This document shows positions 37,789-45,713 of a stretch of 45,713 nt of DNA, piece by piece. The notes under the pieces are model-generated. The model saw only the letters and a program-made list of their open reading frames with translations, was not told the DNA's origin and ran no database searches. The stretch covers positions 1-45,713 of the forward strand of contig JAUCBJ010007080.1 of assembly GCA_032718475.1 (NCBI GenBank), read 5' to 3'. How positions within the stretch are numbered: the first letter of the stretch is position 1; every line of letters starts with the position of its first letter. This stretch comes from Nemertoderma westbladi. Taxonomy: Eukaryota > Animalia > Xenacoelomorpha. The translations under genes were made by a program, and so were the position numbers.

Positions 37789-40612
37789 GATGGAAATGGT
37801 CGCTCTGGCAATGGAATATAACATCGACATCATCTGCATCCAAGAACATCGGATTTGTCATGAAGACACTGCCATGAAGTACAATGACATTGGAAATGGA
37901 TGGACGTTAGTAACAAGCTCAGCAGTAAGAAACTCGGCCAATGCATCAATTGGTGGAGTAGGAATTCTGCTAAGCCCATTTGCACTTAAGACCCTAAACA
38001 ACATCGAATCTATAAATTCCAGGGTTATGATCGCAAAATTTGATGGGAATCCCAAGACAACAGTTATATGTTGCTACAGTCCAACCAATGCATCAGAGCC
38101 AGAACAAGCAGTCAAGTTTTATGAAGAACTGACTGGACTTATTAAGGACATCCCGAAACACAATGTTAAAGTCATTGCTGGTGACCTGAATGCGCAAATT
38201 GGCCCAGAAGACATCAAGGGTTACACCTATAACACCAGTTCTAACAGAAATGGGTACTTACTCTTAGACCTAATGGAAGAATGTGAATTGATACCAACAA
38301 ACAACACATTCGAAAAGAGTAAGGGGAAGCTATGGACCTTTCAATACCCTAATGGAACCAAAGCACAACTGGATTACATCCTTATAAACAAAAAGTGGAG
38401 AAATAGCATGATCAACTGCGAGGCATACAGCTCGTTCAGCCTAATTGGTTCGGACCACAGAATTGTGACTGCAGAGATCAGACTCAGTTTGAGAGCCAGC
38501 AAACCCAGGACAAGCAAGCATATCAACTATGACTGGGAGAAACTCAGAACTGACAATGCTGTAAAGGATGCTTATACAGTAGAAGTTCAAAACCGCTTTG
38601 AAGCACTTCAGTCAATGGATGAAGACCAATCCACCGATTCAATATACCAGAATATAATAACAGCCCACAAGGAATCAGCTAAGAGGCATATCCCCCAGAA
38701 ACCTAAACGAAAACAGTATGTGCCATGGCAAAACTCTGAGGTTACTTGTAAGAGAGAAGATCTTAAGATAGCCTACAAAGTTAAAACCGAACAACCAACA
38801 ACCGAAAACATTAACAAGGTTGAGAAAGCGAAGGACGATCTTAAATTGGCCTACAACATCAGCCAGGAAAAGTACATACAGGATAAAACTGAAGCAATTA
38901 CAACAGCTCACATACAGCAACAATCAAGACTTACCTGGCAAACTGTAAATGAGGTATCTGGTCGGAAAAGTTGTGCAAAGGGGCGCCTCAAAGCCGATAG
39001 TCCTGAAGAACGTGTTGGGAAGTGGAAAAATCACTTCAGCAACTTGCTTGGGCAGCCACCAAACATCGAGGTCAGCCCTACAAGGAAAATATATGACAAG
39101 ACACTACCTATAGAAACAGGGGACTTCACACCTGCCGAACTCCAAAGAAGCATTAAAAGCATGTCCAATAATAAAGCGAGTGGATTAGATGAAATCCCAG
39201 CGGAGGTATGGAAAACCGGAGTGCTAAATAGACCATTATTGAATGTTTGCAACCGGATGTTAAAAGGGGAAAAGCCACCACCAATTTGGACTAAAGGTCA
39301 ACTAAAGCCTCTCCCCAAGAAAGGAGACCTCGGCATACCAACAAACTATGTGGTAGCTGCCAAAATATACAATAAAATGATTCTATATAGGATTAGGCCT
39401 CACATAGAGAAACTACTGCGTAAGAGCCAAAACGGATTTCGACCAAGTAGATCAACAATAGCTCAGATACTTGCACTACGGAGACTGATTGAAGGAATTA
39501 AGTCAAAGAATCTCCCCGCAGTCATGACTTTTGTGGACTTCAAGAAGGCATTCGACTCCATCCATAGAGGTAAAATGCTTGAAATCCTAAGAGCTTATGG
39601 AATACCAGAAGTAATTGTTGCTGGCATTGGATTGCTATATTGTGACACAGAAGCGCAGGTACTCTCACCAGATGGTGAAACTGAGTTTTTCTCAATCCTG
39701 GCTGGCGTACTGCAAGGTGACACATTAGCACCATTACTATTTGTAATTGTGCTGGATTACGCAATGAGGACGGCCACAAAGGGTGAAGATCTGGGATTCA
39801 CACTTCAAGAACGCAGAAGTAGTAGATATCCGGCAACTACAGTCACAGACACTGACTTTGCGGATGACATCGCCCTGCTCTCTAATACGCTAGCAGATGC
39901 ACAGCTTCTACTAAATAAAGTGGAGAGGGCTGCTAAGGAGGTTGGATTGCATATAAATGCTACCAAGACCGAATTCATGACCTTTAATGTTGATGGAAAC
40001 TTGACAACCATTGATAATAATCAACTAAGGAAGGTCGATGACTTCCAGTACCTTGGATCATGGATAGAGAGTAGCAAAAAGGACATAGAAGTTAGGAAAG
40101 CAAAGGCTTGGGTAGCTCTATCAAAAATGGATACCATCTGGAAATCAGATCTCTCCAGGCACCTGAAGACCAAGTTCTTTCGAGCCACAGTGGAAAGTGT
40201 ATTTTTATACGGGGGTGAGACCTGGACACTGACTAAATAACTTGAACAACGAATTGATGGTTGCTACACAAGACTACTAAGGGCAGCCCTAAACATCAGC
40301 TGGAGACAACACATGACAAACGCCGAGCTTTATGGTACAATACCACCTGTATCAACCACCCTCCGCGAACGCAGATTAAGATTCAGTGGGCACTGCTGGC
40401 GAAGTAAAGACGAGGTCATACCAGATCTACTTCTCTGGCAACCAACTCATGGAAAGCGTAGTCGTGGACGACCTGCCATAACAAATATAGATCAACTTGA
40501 AAGGGATACTGAACTTGGGAGAAACGAAATTGCGACAACTATGGAGAATCGGGAAGCCTGGAAGGATCTCATTTCCACTGTCCGAGTTCGCTCGACCTAG
40601 TAGACCTAGTAG
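37789..40612 (+). mobile_element. Nearly full-length RTE-type LINE, slightly 5' truncated
   Basis: 12-bp TSD TAAAAAGAAATG at 37777-37788 and 40613-40624; (TAG) tail directly after the stop codon; single APE-RT ORF. Confidence 0.93.
37790..40600 (+). pseudogene. APE endonuclease-reverse transcriptase ORF with premature stop
   Basis: DIICIQEH, GDLNA, LDYIL, SDH (APE); FVDFKKAFDS, QGDTLAP, FADD, YLGS (RT). TAA at 40238-40240 is TCA in the sister copy. Apparent short in-frame deletion at PTNY/VVAAK. Confidence 0.92.
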
Positions 40613-41139
40613 TAAAAAGAAATGCCTTAAAAATACAAGAAAGTTAAGCCACAGTTTGGATTTGGGATTAGTCAAAGAGTGTTAAACCACCAGTAATATT
40701 GCAAAAATATTTAAGCCACATGAGTGGCTTGACATCTTTTTCCAAATAAATTATCTTCTAAATTCTTCTTCACATGGGCGGATTTTTGAATTGTTGGCGT
40801 AGCTTTGCACCAAGCCGGCGCAGGATGTTTCCACATTTTTTGGACTTTTTGCACGCGTTCGGCGCAGAAATTAAAACTTGTCAATAGGAGCGTGGTTCTA
40901 ACACACATTGTAGGGCCTACATACATCCCCGGCAGCTCCTACTCCCTTCCAGACTTCAGTATCAGTAGGGATCTGCCACCCTTTCCAGTACAAATTACAT
41001 GTCTTTCAATAATTTGAATTTCCCGCGCTATGGAGCAGGGTGGCACATTTTAGAGACTTGTGTCTTCTGTGTCAGTATTATGGCGTCTCTTTAGGGTCAA
41101 TATTCAGTGTTTTAATATTTTTTATTCAGTATAAATTTA

Positions 41140-42312
41140 CATTCAGTAATAATTAATATCTTTCAGTGTTCTACAATATCTTTTAGTAATTAATAAATTA
41201 TCGTTCAGTAATACTGAATTATCTTTCAGTATTTACTGAATTATCTTTCAGTATTTACTGAAATATCTTTCAGTATTTACTGAATTATCTTTCAGTATTT
41301 ACTGAATTATCTTTAGTATTTACTGAATTATCTTTCAGTATTTACTGAATTATCTTTCAGTATTTACTGAATTATCTTTCAGTATTTACTGAATTATCTT
41401 TCAGTATTTACTGAATTATCTTTCAGTATTTACTGAATTATCTTTTAGTATTTACTGAATTATCTTTCAGTATTTATTGGATTATCTTTAAGTATTTACT
41501 GAATTATCTTTTAGTATTTACTGAATTATCTTTCAGTATTTACTGAATTATCTTTCAGTATTTACTGAATTATCTTTCAGTATTTACTGAATTATCTTTC
41601 AGTATTTATTGGATTATCTTTCAGTAATACTTAATTATCTTTCAGTAACGTATTTATCTTTCAGTGATTATCTTTCAGTAATACTTAATTATCTTTCAGT
41701 AACGTATTTATCTTTCAGTGGTTATCTTTCAGTAATACTTAATTATCTTTCAGTAATACTTAATTATCTTTCAGTAACGTATTTATCTTTCAGTGATTAT
41801 CTTTCAGTATTTACTGAATTATCTTTCAGTATTTACTGAATTATCTTTCAGTATTTACTGAATTATCTTTCAGTATTTACTGAATTATCTTTCAGTATTT
41901 ACTGAATTATCTTTCAGTATTTACTGAATTATCTTTCAGTATTTACTGGATTATCTTTCAGTAATACTTAATTATCTTTCAGTAACGTATTTATCTTTCA
42001 GTGATTATCTTTCAGTAATACTTAATTATCTTTCAGTAATACTTAATTATCTTTCAGTAACGTATTTATCTTTCAGTGATTATCTTTCAGTATTTACTGA
42101 ATTATCTTTCAGTATTTACTGAATTATCTTTCAGTATTTACTGAATTATCTTTCAGTATTTACTGGATTATCTTTCAGTAATACTTAATTATCTTTCAGT
42201 AACGTATTTATCTTTCAGTGATTATCTTTCAGTAATACTTAATTATCTTTCAGTAACGTATTTATCTTTCAGTGATTATCTTTCTGTATTTACTGAATTA
42301 TCTTTCAGTATT
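41140..42312 (+). repeat. 22-bp palindromic satellite with higher-order variants
   Basis: Unit TTTCAGTATTTACTGAATTATC; variants TTTCAGTAATACTTAATTATC, TTTCAGTAACGTATTTATC and TTTCAGTGATTATC recur as a block. Confidence 0.95.
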
Positions 42313-42471
42313 TGCCATAGCACATCAGTATAAAATCACTCATTATTATAAATTCCTTGAATTCAATAGGCCAATACAAAAAGGCGCATTCTAGAATAAT
42401 GTATGTAGAGGGAATTTCAAGTTACTTGTTAGGTTGCGAGAATATTGTACCGGTACTAGTAGACATACAGT

Positions 42472-43934
42472 ATGGCAGATCCTGCGGGGTTATTTCTTCG
42501 CGAAATTGAACAAGCAATACTGAAGTGTTCCAGAATTCCGACTGATGGTATAAATCAAAATGAATATGAACAGCTGTGTCGTCGAATGGAGTATTATATT
42601 TCTACACTAGAAATTATAGATTCAACTCAGCAAAGTGAACAACTTGGTATACTGGGAGTCGAAACAAGAAATTGGTTAAAATGGGTACAGAATCTGAATA
42701 TTGAAAGAAGTTTTTGTTGCACAATGCCTGCGGAAGTACTTATATCTCAAGCACGGACTGGGAATGAGGGTCGACCTTATTATGTAATACCTATGGAACT
42801 TCTAGAATATTTACGTGACTCGAACTTCACCTGGACAGACATAAGTAAGATGTTAGGAGTTAGTCGTTCTACAATCACACGTCGAGTTCGAGAATTATCG
42901 GTATACAACGAGAAACGTCTTTTACAGAAATATCAGATGACGATCTGAGACAAGAAGTTCAAAAAATCCACGAAACTCATGTTCATGCAGGATGTCGACT
43001 AGTGAAAGGCTTGCTGTTAGCTAAAGGGATTATAGTTACATTAAAGCGCGTCCATCGTACGTTGAGAGATATTGATCCGATTTTAAGTGCTCAGCGATGG
43101 GGTGCGCTCGTGAGACGTCGTGAGTATTATGTAAAAGCGGCGAACTCACTGTGGCATGTCGACGGACATCACAGTCTAATACGGTGGGGGTTGATAATTC
43201 ATGGTGGTATTGACGGATTTTCTCGATTGGTTACATATTTAGTATGTAACACTAACAACTGTGCAGAAACTGCCTTTGCGTGCTTTAAAGTAGCAACTGA
43301 AAATTTTGGAACCCCTTCACGCGTGAGGGGCGATAAGGGAGGAGAAAATCGTAAAATTGCAGAATATATGATCAGTTCTCGCGGAGTCGGACGTGGAAGT
43401 TATATTGCAGGCAAAAGCGTGCATAATCAACGCATAGAGAGGCTCTGGAGGGATGTATTTAGAGTAGTTAATCAAGTATTTTATAACCTTTTCTATTGGC
43501 TCGAAGAAACTGGCCGATTGAACCCAGAGTGTAAGATTGACTTATATGCTCTGCAGTATATATATAAACCAAGAATTAATTGTGCTCTCAGTGATTTCAT
43601 GCAAGCTTGGAACCTGCATGGTTTACGAACAGAAAGAAACTGGTGCCCAAGGCAAATATTCATTAACAGTCGTCTTCGATATCCGGATGACCTGCTGAAT
43701 GATGATACAGACTTTAATGAGTTATATGGCATAGATTGGCAGGGGCCTATTGTAGAGGAGAATGAGTCAGTCGTAGAAGTATTCGATATTACGCTGCAAG
43801 AATCACCCGATCTAATATTACAGCAGCTTTCGGAAGTAGTACCTGATCCTACTGTGTTTAGTGATAATTTTGGCATAGAGTTATATTTGCAGTGTAGAAA
43901 CTTGTTGCATATGATTTGTGATTCTCACCATTAA
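42472..43934 (+). pseudogene. IS3EU-like DDE transposase (HTH + integrase core), one frameshift
   Basis: [23 protein letters not shown]. After a -1 shift near 42895: FTEISDDDL...[10 protein letters not shown]...HGGIDGFSR...[12 protein letters not shown]...[14 protein letters not shown]. Confidence 0.8.
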
Positions 43935-44000
43935 TATTATGTTATTAAAAACATTTAACTTTAAAATATACTTTACTGCAACGTTATGGCTGTATTTGCA

Positions 44001-44310
44001 TTTGTGGGGCGAGCCACGAAGTTAGGAGCTTTAGCATGCAGAGCCATTATTTCAACCGTGTGTCTGTCTGTCGGTCGGTAGTTCTCTCGTTCGTAGAATA
44101 GAATAAAAGTGATCGGTGAACGCAAAACACAAAACACCGGAGGGATCGAAAATATGTGCTTAAAGATATGGCCTTAAATAAATCATTTATAATTTATTTA
44201 TATATATATAACAAAATATATATATATAAATAATTTATATAATTTATTATATATTATTTGTAGGTCTATAAAATGTAAACGCCGACAGACGGTCACAGTC
44301 TGACCCACAA
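44001..44310 (+). mobile_element. Helentron-associated (HINE/DINE-1-like) non-autonomous element
   Basis: TTGTGGGG...CCCACAA short inverted ends, (TCTG)n near the 5' end, end motif shared with the 34410-34637 repeat. Confidence 0.5.
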
Positions 44311-44478
44311 TATTTATAATAAAGCGAACTTAAAGAAAACACAACAAACACACAGCAACAAACTATCAACACTGGGTTAAAAGTACCGGTATTAAACGTG
44401 ACACAAATACTATACAGTTAATATCGAAAGGTACTGAATATGAACGACTAAGCCTAGTTACAGTATATGATTATAATA

Positions 44479-45713
44479 TTATATTGTTCCAAATGCCAAG
44501 CCTGAACAGAAAACTGTCTTAATAATCAGTTTGTTACAATCTTGTTGGTTAGAAACATGCCGAGGAACTAGCATTTGCATAGCGCATGTCGAATAAATAA
44601 TTAGACATTTACAATTAGCATCTTCACAGTCTTTGAACACAATATTCATCCCTGGTATAGTAAGAGGATGCTCCGACCCAAATAACCAGCGCTTCAGCAA
44701 CTTCTCTGAAAGAACCAATTCGCCTTCTTCTACTACCACACTCACTTCACCCTTATCGTGAATTATATCTGCAAAACTACACATATAGTACATTATTGCG
44801 ACCTCCTTGGCTTTGTCATTTGATCCATCAGGAGCGGGATTCATAATAGTAGCATTGTCAAATGTGTCTGAAATCCTACTAACAGGAGCAGAACACAAAA
44901 ACTTAAATAATATCGGCTTTGGAACATTGCCTAGATACCGTAAAATTTCTGTCTTTAATTGGTTTATTGCAGCTGCATTCGCAATGATTATTTTCGCATT
45001 GAAAAGGTTTACGAGAAAGTTTTCTTTATCAGCGTGGCTGCAATCAGAAGTAGGCGGGAGTACGCCTAGATCTAACGCCTCGTCTTTCACACCCTCTGTC
45101 AACTCGTCACGTTCTCTTAAGGCCATAGTTGCAATATTATCCCTTAGTTGAGGATGTTGAAAAACAATCTCTTTAAGATGAGCAGAGTCGAAACAAATAA
45201 AATCTGCAACCACTGGATGCAATATTCTGAAAAACTGCTCTCCGTGCAGATAGCACAATGCTACCAATTTCCCCACTTTAGAGAAGCTCAAATTAATTAT
45301 GCCCATCATATTGACAGACATAGGAATAATAAAATTATCAATTTCATTAAACAATGATGAATTGTAGAGAGCCACTTTTGCACTTCCTAACAAATCCCGC
45401 CTCAGACCTCCATAATCCTGTCCTTTCTCACCACCACCATGATATTTCACCCTTATTTTTTTCTGAGGGTCAATTTTGTCTAACTTCGACATTAAATCAG
45501 TAAATAGTGTAGCACGTAGCACGCGCACAAGCTGGTATTCATTTATGTCATCAGTAATGTAGTCATATTTAATGGCCATTTCCTCCACCACTTCTGTATC
45601 ACATCTTGTCACTTCCCACTTGCCTAAAATATTTTTTAGGCTCACATCTCCCGCATGTGGGGACACATCTTCATCTGCTGTAGTTAAGTCGATAATATTA
45701 TCGTCACTACTGT
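44479..45713 (-). CDS. HECT-like (G2E3-type) E3 ubiquitin ligase domain protein; 5' end probably outside the window
   Basis: IRVKY..GEKGQDYGGLRRD (HECT N-terminal signature), VGKLVALCYLHG, WLFGS and YSTC (candidate catalytic Cys) about 30 aa from the end; uninterrupted ORF of at least 395 aa. Confidence 0.7.
   Translation of the reverse strand, partial: SSDDNIIDLTTADEDVSPHAGDVSLKNILGKWEVTRCDTEVVEEMAIKYDYITDDINEYQLVRVLRATLFTDLMSKLDKIDPQKKIRVKYHGGGEKGQDYGGLRRDLLGSAKVALYNSSLFNEIDNFIIPMSVNMMGIINLSFSKVGKLVALCYLHGEQFFRILHPVVADFICFDSAHLKEIVFQHPQLRDNIATMALRERDELTEGVKDEALDLGVLPPTSDCSHADKENFLVNLFNAKIIIANAAAINQLKTEILRYLGNVPKPILFKFLCSAPVSRISDTFDNATIMNPAPDGSNDKAKEVAIMYYMCSFADIIHDKGEVSVVVEEGELVLSEKLLKRWLFGSEHPLTIPGMNIVFKDCEDANCKCLIIYSTCAMQMLVPRHVSNQQDCNKLIIKTVFCSGLAFGTI

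Overview
AT-rich eukaryotic (most likely invertebrate animal) genomic DNA made almost entirely of nested transposable elements; no intact host gene is recognisable. Left to right: (1) a non-autonomous hAT element (295-3977, 8-bp TSD) holding a Mutator-like foldback MITE and a second TIR element; (2) tRNA-derived SINEs; (3) a full-length BEL/Pao LTR retrotransposon (7243-18965, near-identical LTRs, 5-bp TSD), interrupted by a palindromic Chapaev (RAG1-related) derivative that itself contains a truncated RTE-type LINE; (4) a duplicated ~1.5-kb repeat unit; (5) a second, 5'-truncated BEL element whose long 3' region is an array of three kinds of stem-loop motifs and contains a 438-bp insertion with a type I hammerhead ribozyme inside a tRNA-like Pol III promoter; (6) a hAT relic, a long inverted repeat, a Merlin-like MITE and Helentron-like (HINE) repeats; (7) a nearly full-length RTE-type LINE; (8) a palindromic 22-bp satellite; (9) an IS3EU-like DDE transposase gene converging on a HECT-like E3 ligase ORF. 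All family assignments come from motifs and structure read by eye; no searches were run, and some boundaries are approximate.
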